Positions 46,431 to 56,345 are shown, numbered from the stretch's first letter. The stretch: DNA of 64,000 nucleotides from an uncultured Gemmatimonadales bacterium (GCA_963816355.1 CAWFKH010000003.1:704001-768000), one strand, 5' to 3'. Numbers and translations are program-made. Notes: a model not told the origin generated them from the sequence alone.

Positions 46431-48521
46431 ATGAAGCGTTCGATTGCCGCCGTCCTCCTCGCTGTCGCCGTGCCCCTCGCGGGCTGTGCCGCACCGCGCC
46501 CGGCGCCCGCGCCGGCTCCGCCGTCCGCGCCGCGCGTGGCGGCCGACTCCGACGCCGCGGCGACGTCGGCCGCGGCCCGTGCCGCGCCGGTGCCGCCGGC
46601 GCCGGGGCCGCTGCGGACGCTGGATCGCCCGGACGATCGGCTGCTGCTGCGGCCCGATCTGCGGCACGTGGTCGACCTGCAGGAGGCGCGCGACACGGCC
46701 GCGCTGGTCGCGCTGCTCGCCTCCCGTGACGGTGCGGTCCGGGCGCGCGCGGCGTTCGCTCTCGGCTCGGTGCAGCCGACGAGCGCCGCGCCGCTGCTGC
46801 CGCTGCTGCGCGACGAGGTGGCCGAAGTCCGCGCGGACGCGGCGTTCGCGATCGGCCAGAGCGGCGACTCCACGGCGGGGCGGCGGCTCCTCGCGGCGTG
46901 GAGCGCGGACATCGACCCGGCCGTGCGGGGCGAGCTGCTGGATGCGCTGGGAAAGGTGGGCGACCGGGCCGCGCTACGGTCGCTCGATCGTTCGTGGGTG
47001 CCGGTGGCGGACCGGCCGGCCGCGGCGGTCGCGGTCGCGCGCTTCGGCATCCGCGCTCTGACGGACTCGCTGGGGGTCGCCCGCGTGGCCGGCTGGCTGC
47101 GCGCGCGCGACCCCGCGCTGCGACTCGCGGCGGCGTACTTCTTCGGGCGCGTGCGGCCGGCCTCCACGTGGTCGTGGGCGGCCGACACGGTGCGCGCGGC
47201 GCTCGACGCCTACGCGCCCGACGAACCGGCGGCGATGCACCTCCTGCTCGGCCTCGGCCGGCTCGGCGCGACGGCGGACACGCCGCGCCTGACGCGCTGG
47301 CTCTTCGACGCTGCGGACTGGCGCAGCCGTGTGAACGCGGCGCGCGCACTCGGCGGACGCGTCGGCGATCCCGCCGCGCGTCTCGCCCTGGAATCCGTCC
47401 TGGATTCCGCGCTGGTGGCGGGCGGTCCAGAGATGCACGTGGGGGTGCAGGCCGCGAGCGTGCTCGGCGCGAGCGATTCCCTGGACGCCGTGGACCTGGC
47501 GGTGCTGCGGCCGTGGGTGCGGGCGCACGCCGAGGACTGGCGCGTATCGGGGCCGCTCCTCTCCGCGCTCGCCCGCACCGGGGCGAGCGGCGACGTCCTG
47601 GACTGGCTGCGGCGGCAGGACCGTGAGCCGGCGCGGCTCCTCGCCGTGCGAGCGCTCGGTGCCGCCCGGGACCCGGCATCCCTCTCCGCGCTGCGGCGCA
47701 TCGCCGCCGACACCGCCGATGCCGGCGCCGCCGCCGCCGCGATCGCCGCGCTCGACGCACGCCGCCGCGCCGGCGCGCTTTCCGACGCAGGGTTCTTCGC
47801 GGCCGCGCTCGTCGGGCTGCGGGCGAGCGACGTCGGACTCCGGGTCGCCGCCGCGTCGGCGCTGGCGGACAGCGCGTTCCGCGCGCTCGGCGCGGCGGCG
47901 GCGTTGACGTCGACCTACGCCACCCTGACGCCGCCCGCGGACCTGGAGGCGATGCAGGCGGTGCGGTCGGCGCTGCGGACGCTCGGCGCGGCGCTGCCGG
48001 ACTCGAGCCGCGAGACCGCCACCACGATGCACGACCGCGTCGACTGGCGAACCCTCACGCGCGTCGGAGCGCACCCATGCTTCGTCCTCGCCACCGACCG
48101 CGGCACGATGCGGATCGTCCTCGACGCGGAGGAGGCGCCGCTCACCGTCGCCACCATCACTGCGCTGGCGGACGCGGGTCGCTACGATGGCGTCGCGTTC
48201 CACCGCGTGGTGCCGAACTTCGTCGTCCAGGGCGGGGACTTCGCGCGCGGCGATGGCTTCGGCGGCCCGGGCTTCGCGATTCGCAGCGAGCTGACGCGGA
48301 TCCGCTACGCCCGCGGCACTCTGGGGATGGCCAGCGCGGGAAAGGACACGGAGGGCTCGCAGTACTTCGTCACGCACAGCATGCAGCCGCACCTCGACGG
48401 CGCCTACACCGCCTTCGGCCGCCTCGTGGACGGCGCGGCCACCCTCGACCGGCTGCTGCAGGACGACCGCGTGCGCGCCGCCGAGGTGCTCCCGACGGGC
48501 GCGGGCTGCGGCACCGCTTGA
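46431..48521 (+). CDS. Lipoprotein with HEAT repeats and C-terminal cyclophilin PPIase
   Basis: Lipobox LAGC; VRARAAFALG, VRADAAFAIG; FHRVVPNFVVQGGD, GMASAGKDTEGSQYF, HLDG.YT.FG. Confidence 0.9.
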   Translation: MKRSIAAVLLAVAVPLAGCAAPRPAPAPAPPSAPRVAADSDAAATSAAARAAPVPPAPGPLRTLDRPDDRLLLRPDLRHVVDLQEARDTAALVALLASRDGAVRARAAFALGSVQPTSAAPLLPLLRDEVAEVRADAAFAIGQSGDSTAGRRLLAAWSADIDPAVRGELLDALGKVGDRAALRSLDRSWVPVADRPAAAVAVARFGIRALTDSLGVARVAGWLRARDPALRLAAAYFFGRVRPASTWSWAADTVRAALDAYAPDEPAAMHLLLGLGRLGATADTPRLTRWLFDAADWRSRVNAARALGGRVGDPAARLALESVLDSALVAGGPEMHVGVQAASVLGASDSLDAVDLAVLRPWVRAHAEDWRVSGPLLSALARTGASGDVLDWLRRQDREPARLLAVRALGAARDPASLSALRRIAADTADAGAAAAAIAALDARRRAGALSDAGFFAAALVGLRASDVGLRVAAASALADSAFRALGAAAALTSTYATLTPPADLEAMQAVRSALRTLGAALPDSSRETATTMHDRVDWRTLTRVGAHPCFVLATDRGTMRIVLDAEEAPLTVATITALADAGRYDGVAFHRVVPNFVVQGGDFARGDGFGGPGFAIRSELTRIRYARGTLGMASAGKDTEGSQYFVTHSMQPHLDGAYTAFGRLVDGAATLDRLLQDDRVRAAEVLPTGAGCGTA

Positions 48522-48590
48522 CGTTCGCCTGTTGAACCCGCTCCCGCATCGCCGTACGATGGGCGGGAGCTTCCTTCACCGCCTCGCACC

Positions 48591-49958
48591 GTGAACGAAC
48601 GGATCCTGATCGTCGAGGACGACGCGACGTTGCGCGAGACGTTCCGTCGCTTCCTCTCGCGCCGCGGCTACGACGTCTCCACGAGCGAGACGGCGGAGCG
48701 CGGCTTCCGCATCGTCAAGGAGTTCGAGCCGGACATCGTGATCACCGATGTGCAGCTTCCCGGCATGGACGGCCTGGAGCTGCTCTCCCGCCTGCGGTCG
48801 GCGCTGCCGGAGCTGGACGTCCTCGTCGTGACCGGCCACGAGGACATGCGCACGGCGATCGAGGCGATGAAGGCCGGCGCGTACGACTACCTCGTCAAGC
48901 CGCTCGAGCTCGATGAGCTGGCCGTCGTCCTTCAGCGCTGCGCGGAAGATCGTCGTCTCCGACGTCGCATCCGGCAGCTCACCGACGAAGCCGCCGAGCC
49001 CTACGCGCTCGACCGCCTCGTGGGCCGCAGCCCCGCGATGATCCAGATCTACAAGCTGATCGGGACGCTCGCGACGAACCGCGCGCCCGTCTTCATCCGG
49101 GGCGAGACCGGCACCGGCAAGGAAGTGATCGCGCGCGCGATCCACTACAACTCGACATGGGCCGCCGAGCCGTTCGTCGCCGTCAACTGCACCGAGCTCC
49201 CGGAGACGCTCCTCGAGTCCGAGCTCTTTGGCCACGTCCGCGGCGCGTTCACCGGCGCCGTGCACGACCGCCGCGGCCGCTTCGAGCTCGCCGGCGCCGG
49301 CACGATCTTCCTCGACGAGATCGGCGACACCTCGCCCGGCCTGCAGGCGAAGCTGCTCCGGGTGCTCCAGGAGCGCGAGTTCCAGCCCGTCGGCAGCGAG
49401 ACGCAGCGCCGCACGGAGGCACGCGTCGTCGCCGCCACCAACCAGCGCCTCGAAGCGCTCGTGCGCGACGGCCGCTTCCGCGAGGACCTCTTCTTCCGCC
49501 TGCACGTCCTCGAGATCCGCGTCCCGCCGCTGCGCGAGCGGCGCGAAGACGTCCCGCTCCTCGCCGAGCACCTGCTGCGCCGCATCAGCCGCGACATCCA
49601 CAAGGAGGTTTCCGTCATCCCGGAGCCGGTGATGCGGGTGCTCGTGGAGTACGACTGGCCCGGCAACGTCCGCGAGCTCGAGAACGCGCTCACCCGCGCC
49701 GCCGTCCTCGCCCGCGGCGCGGCCATCTCGGAGAAGGACCTTTCGCTCGGCGGTCCCTCGCGCACGCCGGAGGAGACCCACGCGATCGCCGACGACTTCA
49801 CCCTCGCCGGCGCCGAGCGGGCCCAGGTAGCGCGCGCCCTGGCACGTACGCGCGGCAACAAGCGGAAGGCCGCGCGCCTGCTCGAGGTCTCACGACCCCG
49901 GCTCGACCGTCTCATCGACCGCCTGGGCATCGAATGGGACCCCGGCCGTGGGGCGTGA
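48591..49958 (+). CDS. Orphan sigma54-dependent response regulator, close paralog of 3891-5240
   Basis: ILIVEDD, GETGTGKE, GAFTGA, WPGNVRELEN, SRPRLDR. Confidence 0.95.
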   Translation: MNERILIVEDDATLRETFRRFLSRRGYDVSTSETAERGFRIVKEFEPDIVITDVQLPGMDGLELLSRLRSALPELDVLVVTGHEDMRTAIEAMKAGAYDYLVKPLELDELAVVLQRCAEDRRLRRRIRQLTDEAAEPYALDRLVGRSPAMIQIYKLIGTLATNRAPVFIRGETGTGKEVIARAIHYNSTWAAEPFVAVNCTELPETLLESELFGHVRGAFTGAVHDRRGRFELAGAGTIFLDEIGDTSPGLQAKLLRVLQEREFQPVGSETQRRTEARVVAATNQRLEALVRDGRFREDLFFRLHVLEIRVPPLRERREDVPLLAEHLLRRISRDIHKEVSVIPEPVMRVLVEYDWPGNVRELENALTRAAVLARGAAISEKDLSLGGPSRTPEETHAIADDFTLAGAERAQVARALARTRGNKRKAARLLEVSRPRLDRLIDRLGIEWDPGRGA

Positions 49959-49978
49959 GCGCTCCTGCAAGCGGTGGA

Positions 49979-49994
49979 GGGAACGCCACTTGCA
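49979..49994 (+). promoter_or_regulatory. sigma54 -24/-12 element
   Basis: GGGAACGCCACTTGCA (GG-N10-GC with TT before GC). Confidence 0.5.
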
Positions 49995-50099
49995 GCGACG
50001 CGAGCCGTGCGCGCGCGAAGTCGCGGGGCCCGGGCCGACGTCGGAATCGCCCGGGCCCCGCTCGCATCGTCCGGTCGTCATTCCGCTCGGAGGAGGATC

Positions 50100-50351
50100 A
50101 TGGCGGATCAGCCCGCGAACAGTGGCATCGAGGAATTCTGGGAATACGCCGACGACACCGACTCGGACGAGAATCCGCTCGAGCGGGAGCTCGCGGACCA
50201 GATCGACGCGCTGGCCCGCTACCGCCGCATGATCCAGGAGTGCGAGGAGGCGGGCCGCGACGATCAGGTCCGCGTCCTCCTGAAACAGCACGAGAGGGTG
50301 CAGCGTACGGTGGACGAGTTGCGCCAGGCGATGAGCGGCAGGAGCGGCTGA
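50100..50351 (+). CDS. Small acidic helical protein (83 aa)
   Basis: GGAGGAGG RBS plus ATG; MADQPANSGIEEFWEY... Confidence 0.7.
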   Translation: MADQPANSGIEEFWEYADDTDSDENPLERELADQIDALARYRRMIQECEEAGRDDQVRVLLKQHERVQRTVDELRQAMSGRSG

Positions 50352-50481
50352 AGCGGCGCGGGAGCAGGAACGAGGGGTGTTCCGCCAGCGGCGGTGCGTG
50401 TAGACTGAAAGGGCCGCGAGACGTCCCGCGCCGGGCGCGCCGCGAGCGACCGCTGGCCATGGAAGGAGGGGCCGCGCCGCG

Positions 50482-51279
50482 ATGAACGAGCAGCAGGGCG
50501 CCGGTCTGCCGGCGCCGGACCTGGGCCGTCGGCGCGAGCTCGTCGTCGAGATCCTCTGCCGCGCGTTCGCCGCAGACGGCCTCGACGTCGCCGAGCTGGA
50601 GCATCGGCTCGACCTGGCTCACCGCGCCCGCACGCCCGCCGAGCTGGACGCGTTGACGAGGGATCTGCCCACCGCCGCCGATCCGGCCGCGCCGGCCGCG
50701 GAGCGCTTCGCCCCCATGGCGAAGCAGGAGGCGGCCGCCGCGTCCGCGGGGCGGCGCCGCACCGTCGCCGAGCCCGAGAACCGGCGCCGCTTCGGAATGA
50801 TGCTGGCCGTTCTCGGCGGCTACCGCCGCCGCGGCCACTGGACGCCGCCCGAGCACATGGCCGTCATCGCGTGCATGGGCGGCGCCGAGCTCGACTTCCG
50901 CGACGCGGCCATCGGCGAGCACGGCGCCCACGTCACCGCGTTCGGCTTCTGCGGCGGCGTGGAGATCATCGTGCCACCGGAGATCCGCGTCGAGATCGAC
51001 GGCCTCGCCGTGCTCGGCGGCTTCGACGAGGACGACACGCGGCCGGAGCCGCCGCCGGCCGGCGCCCCGGTGCTGCGCGTCGACGGCCTCGCGCTGCTGG
51101 GTGGGGTCTCGGTCACGGTGCGGCTGCCGGGGGAGAGCGCGCGCGACGCCCGCCGCCGTGGGCGAGAGCTGCGAAGGCAGGAGATCCGGGAACGCGTCGG
51201 CCGCCGGGCGGCCGATCGGGCGGAGCGCCGCATCGACCGCATCGAGCGGCGCCTCGGCGAATACGACCGCCAGCCGTAA
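50482..51279 (+). CDS. DUF1707 (SHOCT-like) plus LiaF-C/DUF2154-like protein
   Basis: RELVVEIL..AFA...L...ELE.RL..A..A.T..EL..LT.DLP; MGGAELDFR, GGVEIIVPP, LRVDG.ALLGGVSV. Confidence 0.78.
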   Translation: MNEQQGAGLPAPDLGRRRELVVEILCRAFAADGLDVAELEHRLDLAHRARTPAELDALTRDLPTAADPAAPAAERFAPMAKQEAAAASAGRRRTVAEPENRRRFGMMLAVLGGYRRRGHWTPPEHMAVIACMGGAELDFRDAAIGEHGAHVTAFGFCGGVEIIVPPEIRVEIDGLAVLGGFDEDDTRPEPPPAGAPVLRVDGLALLGGVSVTVRLPGESARDARRRGRELRRQEIRERVGRRAADRAERRIDRIERRLGEYDRQP

Positions 51280-51292
51280 CGTCGGCCGCCGA

Positions 51293-53782
51293 TCAGGCCA
51301 GCCGCGTCTCCAGCAGCCGCCGCGCCATCTCCGGATTCGCGCGGCCGCCGCTCCCGCGCATCACCGCCCCCATGAAGAAACCGATCAGCCCCGTGTGGCC
51401 CGCGCGGTAGTCCGCGACCTTTTCGGGATGCCCGGCGACGACCTCCTCGACCAGCCGCGCGAGCGCCGCTTCGTCGCTGATCTGCGTAAGTCCGCGCCGT
51501 GCCACGATCTCCTCCGGGTGGCCGCCCTCGCGCGCAAGCTCCGCCAGCACCTCGCGCGCCGCGCTGCTCGTCAGCGCGCCCACCTCCACCAGGCGGACCA
51601 GCTCGCCGAAGTCGCGCGCGGAGAACGGCAGGTCCTCCAGCGTGCGCTCGCCGATCTCCCGCGGCAGCTCGTTCACCAGCCAGTTCGCCACGCCCTGCGG
51701 CCGCGCACCGGCCGCCAGCGCCGCCTCGAAGAAGTCCGCCGTCGCCTCCTCCCGCGTCAGGATCTCCGCGTCCTCCGCCGAGGTCCCCAACTCCGTCTCG
51801 AAACGACCGCGCCGCTCCTGCAGCGCCGCCGACCGCTCGGGTGCGACCGGCGCCTCGCGACCGGCTCCGGCGCTTCCGGGCGCCCGCTGCGCCGACGCCT
51901 GCCGCGCCGGAGCGGCCCCCGCGCTGGTCTCGCCCCCTGCCGTCGGAGCGCCCGCCGCACCGCCCGCGCCCGCCGCACCGGCCGCACCGGCCATACTGAC
52001 CGCGCCCGCCTGCGCCTTCGCCCACGTGTCGCGCAGCGTGACGGTCCGGTTGAAGACGAGGTGGTCCGGCCTCGAATCGACGGCGTCGGAGACGAAGTAG
52101 CCGAGGCGCTCGAACTGGTAGCGCGAGCCGGGCGGATCGTCGGCGATGGAGGGCTCGACGCGGGCGTCGGGCAGCACGACGAGTGAATCCGGATTGAGAA
52201 AGTCCGTGAAGTCACCGCTCGTATCTGCTGCTACGGCATCGGGATCGGGTACCGTGAACAAACGATCGTAGAGGCGGACCTCGCACGGCAGCGAGCGGGC
52301 GGCCGAGACCCAGTGCAGCGTTCCGGCGGGCGAACGGCCATCGGGCGAGGCGCCGCCGCGTGTAGCCGGATCGTAGGAGCAGCGGAGCTCGATCACGTCG
52401 CCGGCTTCGTCGGTGATGACCTCGTCGCACGTGATGAAGTAGGCGTAGCGGAGGCGGACCTCGGCGCCGGGCGAGAGGCGTCGCCAGCCCCGGGGTGGGT
52501 CGGTGGCGAAGTCGTCGCGCTCGATGAAGATCTCGCGGGAGAAGGGGAGCGGGCGCGAGCCCTCGAGCGGGACGTCGTGTGGATAGAGCGGTGCCTGGAG
52601 CTCCTCGACGCGGTCGGCGGGGAAGTTGGTGACGACGACCCTGAGCGGCCGCTGCACGCAGAGCACGCGGGGGACGCGGCGGTTCAGCTCGTCGCGGATC
52701 GTGAACTCGAGCTTGCCGATGTCGACGCGGCTGTTGGTCTTGGCGACGCCGACGAGCTCGGCGAAGCTGCGGATCGCCTCGGGCGGGACGCCGCGCCGGC
52801 GGAGCCCGGCGAGCGTGGCGAGGCGCGGGTCGTCCCAGCCGGCGACGTCGCCCCCCTTCACGAGCGTGAGCAGCTTGCGCTTGCTCATGATGGTGTAGTC
52901 GAGGTTGAGGCGTGCGAACTCGTACTGATGGGGACGGGCGGGGAGGTTCGCGTGCTCGACGACCCAGTCGTAGAGGGGGCGGTTCGTCTCGAATTCGAGG
53001 CTGCAGAGCGAGTGCGTGACGCCCTCGATCGCGTCCTCGAGCGGGTGCGCGTAGTCGTAGAGCGGGTAGATGCACCAGTCGTCGCCGGTGCGATAGTGGG
53101 TGGCGTGCCGGATGCGGTAGAGGACCGGGTCGCGCAGCAGCATGTTCGGCGAAGCCATGTCGATCTTCGCGCGCAGCACGTGGGCGCCGTCGGGGAACTC
53201 GCCGGCGCGCATGCGGCGCAGCAGGTCGAGGTTCTCCTCGACGCTGCGCGAGCGAAACGGGCTGGGGGTTCCGGGCTCGGTGATGGTGCCGCGGTTGCGG
53301 CGGATCTCTTCCTCGCTCTGGCTGTCGACGTAGGCGTGGCGGCCGCGCACGAGCCGTTCGGCGATCTCGTACATGCGGCCGAAGTAGTCGGAAGCGAAGT
53401 AGAGGTGATCGCCCCAGTCGAAGCCGAGCCAGCGGATCGTGTCCTGGATCGACTGCACGTATTCCGGCTTCTCGGTCTCGGGGTTGGTGTCGTCGAAGCG
53501 CAGGTGGCAGCGCGCGCCCGGCACCTCGAGCGCGAGGCCGAAGTTGAGAGTGATCGCCTTGGCGTGCCCGATGTGGAGGAATCCGTTCGGCTCCGGCGGG
53601 AAGCGCGTGACGATCGTCGCGTAGCGGCCCGCGGCGAGGTCGTCGGCGACGATCTGGCGGATGAAGTCGCGCGGCTCGAGCGCCGGCGCGGGGCCGGATG
53701 CGTGAGCGCCGGACTCGGGCACGGGCGCGTCGTCGGGCGGTGGCGCGGCGGCGCCGTCTGGTCCGCGGTTCGTGGGGGTCAC
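51293..53782 (-). CDS. glnS: Glutamine--tRNA ligase with C-terminal YqeY/GatB-like domain
   Basis: TRFPPEPNG.LHIGHAK, MSKR, QFERLGYF, FNRTVTLRDTW; C-terminal QISDE...GFFMG.VMR.SGGRANP. Confidence 0.95.
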   Translation of the reverse strand: MTPTNRGPDGAAAPPPDDAPVPESGAHASGPAPALEPRDFIRQIVADDLAAGRYATIVTRFPPEPNGFLHIGHAKAITLNFGLALEVPGARCHLRFDDTNPETEKPEYVQSIQDTIRWLGFDWGDHLYFASDYFGRMYEIAERLVRGRHAYVDSQSEEEIRRNRGTITEPGTPSPFRSRSVEENLDLLRRMRAGEFPDGAHVLRAKIDMASPNMLLRDPVLYRIRHATHYRTGDDWCIYPLYDYAHPLEDAIEGVTHSLCSLEFETNRPLYDWVVEHANLPARPHQYEFARLNLDYTIMSKRKLLTLVKGGDVAGWDDPRLATLAGLRRRGVPPEAIRSFAELVGVAKTNSRVDIGKLEFTIRDELNRRVPRVLCVQRPLRVVVTNFPADRVEELQAPLYPHDVPLEGSRPLPFSREIFIERDDFATDPPRGWRRLSPGAEVRLRYAYFITCDEVITDEAGDVIELRCSYDPATRGGASPDGRSPAGTLHWVSAARSLPCEVRLYDRLFTVPDPDAVAADTSGDFTDFLNPDSLVVLPDARVEPSIADDPPGSRYQFERLGYFVSDAVDSRPDHLVFNRTVTLRDTWAKAQAGAVSMAGAAGAAGAGGAAGAPTAGGETSAGAAPARQASAQRAPGSAGAGREAPVAPERSAALQERRGRFETELGTSAEDAEILTREEATADFFEAALAAGARPQGVANWLVNELPREIGERTLEDLPFSARDFGELVRLVEVGALTSSAAREVLAELAREGGHPEEIVARRGLTQISDEAALARLVEEVVAGHPEKVADYRAGHTGLIGFFMGAVMRGSGGRANPEMARRLLETRLA

Positions 53783-53942
53783 GGGCTCGTCGTCTCGGGT
53801 GGGGGGCGTCTCGCGGGAGGTCCGGAGCGCACCGGAGCAGAGTAGGGGATCGGGCGGGGACGGTCCAGTGGGAGGGCGGCGGCACTGGCGGCGGCGCGCG
53901 ATCGCGGACTACGTTGGCCCCTCGCTCAGAGGGAGGATCTTC

Positions 53943-54512
53943 ATGACATTGATGCGGCTGATCGCCTCGTTGCAGCGCCTTGCGCTGCAACGCCTCGCGC
54001 TGCTGCTCGGCGCGCTGCTGCTCGGCGCGGCGGCGTGCTCCGGCGCTCCGGAAACCTCGGACCTGCCGCCGGCCAACCGCGTCGTGCGCAGCTACGATCC
54101 GTCGCTGCAGGTGGACCTGTCGCGGATGGAGCGGCGGCCGGGCGGTCTCTACGTGCAGGACGTGCAGGTGGGGGACGGCCCGCGCGCGGATTCGGGCGAC
54201 GTCGTCACCGTGCACTACACCGGCTGGCTGCCGCAGGGCCGGAAGTTCGACAGCAGTCGCGACCGCGGCCGGCCGTTCGAGGTGGCGATCGGATACGGCC
54301 GGGTGATCCAGGGGTGGGACCGCGGCATCGTCGGCATGCGAGTCGGCGGGCGGCGTCGCCTCGTCATCCCGCCGGCTCTGGCGTACGGCGCCGAGCGGTC
54401 CGGCCCGATTCCGCCGAACTCGACGCTGGTCTTCGATGTCGAGCTGCTGGACGTGGTGAACCGCACGCCGGAGCAGCCGCACGACACGGCCGCCGAGAGC
54501 GCGGGCGGCTGA
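53943..54512 (+). CDS. FKBP-type PPIase lipoprotein
   Basis: Lipobox AAAC; VHYTGWL..G.KFDSS, VIQGWD.G, IPP.LAYG, TLVFDVELL. Confidence 0.92.
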   Translation: MTLMRLIASLQRLALQRLALLLGALLLGAAACSGAPETSDLPPANRVVRSYDPSLQVDLSRMERRPGGLYVQDVQVGDGPRADSGDVVTVHYTGWLPQGRKFDSSRDRGRPFEVAIGYGRVIQGWDRGIVGMRVGGRRRLVIPPALAYGAERSGPIPPNSTLVFDVELLDVVNRTPEQPHDTAAESAGG

Positions 54513-54517
54513 GCGCC

Positions 54518-55978
54518 GTGGCTTCCGACGCTGCGATCCGGGTCCGCTTCGCGCCTTCGCCGACCGGCTACCTGCACGTCGGCGGCGCCCGCACGGCCCT
54601 CTTCAACTGGCTCTTCGCGCGCCGCCACGGCGGCGCGTTCATCCTGCGCATCGAGGACACGGACCGCGAGCGCTCGAGCGACGCGATGACGCGCGTGATC
54701 CTGGACGGCATGCGCTGGCTCGGCCTCGACTGGGACGAGGGGCCGCTGCACCAGGCGGACGGGCTGGAGCGCCACCGCGCCGAAGCGCTCCGCCTGCTCG
54801 AGGCGGGCGCCGCCTACCGTTGCTTCTGCACGCCGGAGGCGATCGAGGCGCGTCGCGCCGCGGCGGGCATCGCGCCGGAAGCGTTCCGCTACGACCGCCA
54901 CTGCCGGCTCCACGTCACGCCCGAGGCGGCCGCGCGCCGGGCGGCGGCGGGAGAGGCGTTCACCGTGCGCTTCCACGTTCCCGAGGGCGAGTCGGTGTGG
55001 GACGACGCCGTTCACGGCGAGATCCGCTTCGCCAACGCCGAGCTGGAGGACTTCATCGTCCTCCGCAGCGACGGAACGCCGATCTACAACCTCGCCGTCG
55101 TCAGCGACGACGTCGCGATGCGCGTGACGCACGTGATCCGCGGCGACGACCACATCTCCAACACGCCGAAGCAGATCCTGCTCTATCGTGCGCTCGGCTA
55201 CCCGGTGCCGATCTTCGGCCATGTGCCGGTGATCCTCGGCGAGGACGGGCGCAAGCTGTCGAAGCGCCACGGCGCCGCGGCGGTCTCCGAGTACCGCGAG
55301 GAAGGCATCTTGCCGTGGGCGCTGGTCAACTTCCTGGCGCTCCTCGGCTGGTCCCCCGGCGACGACGAGGAGATCTTCGACGTGGCCGAGCTGATCGCTC
55401 GCTTCGGCCTCGGCGCGATCAACAAGAAGAGCGCCGTCTTCGACCCGCAGAAGCTGGAGTGGCTGAACGGCCAGCACATGAGTCGCACGCCGGCGGAACG
55501 GCTCGAGCCGCTCGTCGCGCCCCGCATCGTCGCCGCGGGTCTCGCCGACGCCGAGGAACTGCGGCGCCGGCGCGCGTGGTTCCTCCACCTGATCGACCTG
55601 CTCAAGGTGCGCGCGCGCAGGCTGGACGACTTTGTGCCACAGGCGCGCGCATACTTCCCGGGACCGGTCGACTACGACGAGGATGCGGTGCGCAAGCACT
55701 GGAAGGACGCCGGGGCCGTGGCGTCGCGCCTCGCGGCCCTGCGCGACCGCTTCGCGCGCGTCGAGCCGTGGGGCGAGGCTGCGCTCGAGGCCGCGCTCCG
55801 CGGCCTCGCGGACGAGCTGGGCGTCGGCGCGGGGAAGCTGATCCACCCGCTCCGCGTCGCGCTCACCGGCGCCGCCGTATCACCCGGCATCTTCGAGGTG
55901 CTCGCCGCGGTGGGACCCGTCGTGACGCGCGCGCGCCTCGACGCGGCGCTCGCCCGCCTCGGCGCGTCGGAGACGTAG
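54518..55978 (+). CDS. gltX: Glutamate--tRNA ligase
   Basis: RFAPSPTG.LHVGG, LRIEDTD, RGDDH, KLSKR. Confidence 0.96.
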   Translation: MASDAAIRVRFAPSPTGYLHVGGARTALFNWLFARRHGGAFILRIEDTDRERSSDAMTRVILDGMRWLGLDWDEGPLHQADGLERHRAEALRLLEAGAAYRCFCTPEAIEARRAAAGIAPEAFRYDRHCRLHVTPEAAARRAAAGEAFTVRFHVPEGESVWDDAVHGEIRFANAELEDFIVLRSDGTPIYNLAVVSDDVAMRVTHVIRGDDHISNTPKQILLYRALGYPVPIFGHVPVILGEDGRKLSKRHGAAAVSEYREEGILPWALVNFLALLGWSPGDDEEIFDVAELIARFGLGAINKKSAVFDPQKLEWLNGQHMSRTPAERLEPLVAPRIVAAGLADAEELRRRRAWFLHLIDLLKVRARRLDDFVPQARAYFPGPVDYDEDAVRKHWKDAGAVASRLAALRDRFARVEPWGEAALEAALRGLADELGVGAGKLIHPLRVALTGAAVSPGIFEVLAAVGPVVTRARLDAALARLGASET

Positions 55979-56042
55979 GCGCCGGCCGCGAACGGCTCGG
56001 CGCCGCCGGCGCTGGCGAGCGGTGACGCGGTGACTGCCTCCG

Positions 56043-56118
56043 GCGCCGTTGACGGCCTCGAGCGCCGTTGACGGCCTCCGGCGCCGTTGACGGCCTCGAG
56101 CGCCGTTGACGGCCCCCG
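56043..56118. repeat. 19-bp tandem repeat GCGCCGTTGACGGCC(T/C)C(GA/CG) x4
   Basis: Units at 56043, 56062, 56081, 56100. Confidence 0.9.
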
Positions 56119-56135
56119 GCGCGCCGGATTATCTT
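56106..56135 (+). promoter_or_regulatory. sigma70 promoter of tRNA-Gln; its -35 lies in the last repeat unit
   Basis: TTGACG-N18-TATCTT followed by GC-rich discriminator GCGGC. Confidence 0.65.
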
Positions 56136-56157
56136 GCGGCAAACAGACACGACAACC

Positions 56158-56230
56158 TGCCCCTTGGTGTAACTGGCAACACGCCTGACTCTGGATCAGG
56201 AGAGTCCTGGTTCGAGCCCAGGAGGGGCAA
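56158..56230 (+). tRNA. tRNA-Gln(CTG), CCA not encoded
   Basis: TGCCCCT/AGGGGCA acceptor, CCTGA-CT-CTG-GA-TCAGG, GGTTCGAGCCC. Confidence 0.96.
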
Positions 56231-56283
56231 TTCGCGGGAGGCGGCTGGCGAAGCCGATGCCCTATGCGGTTTTCCAGGTCGAT

Positions 56284-56326
56284 GCGCGGTCCGAACGCCC
56301 GAGGGTGCGGTCGGCCGCGCTTTTTT
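56284..56326 (+). terminator. Intrinsic terminator after tRNA-Gln
   Basis: GCGCGG...CCGCGC stem followed by TTTTTT. Confidence 0.7.
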
Positions 56327-56345
56327 CGTGTGCGGGGAGATTGGG

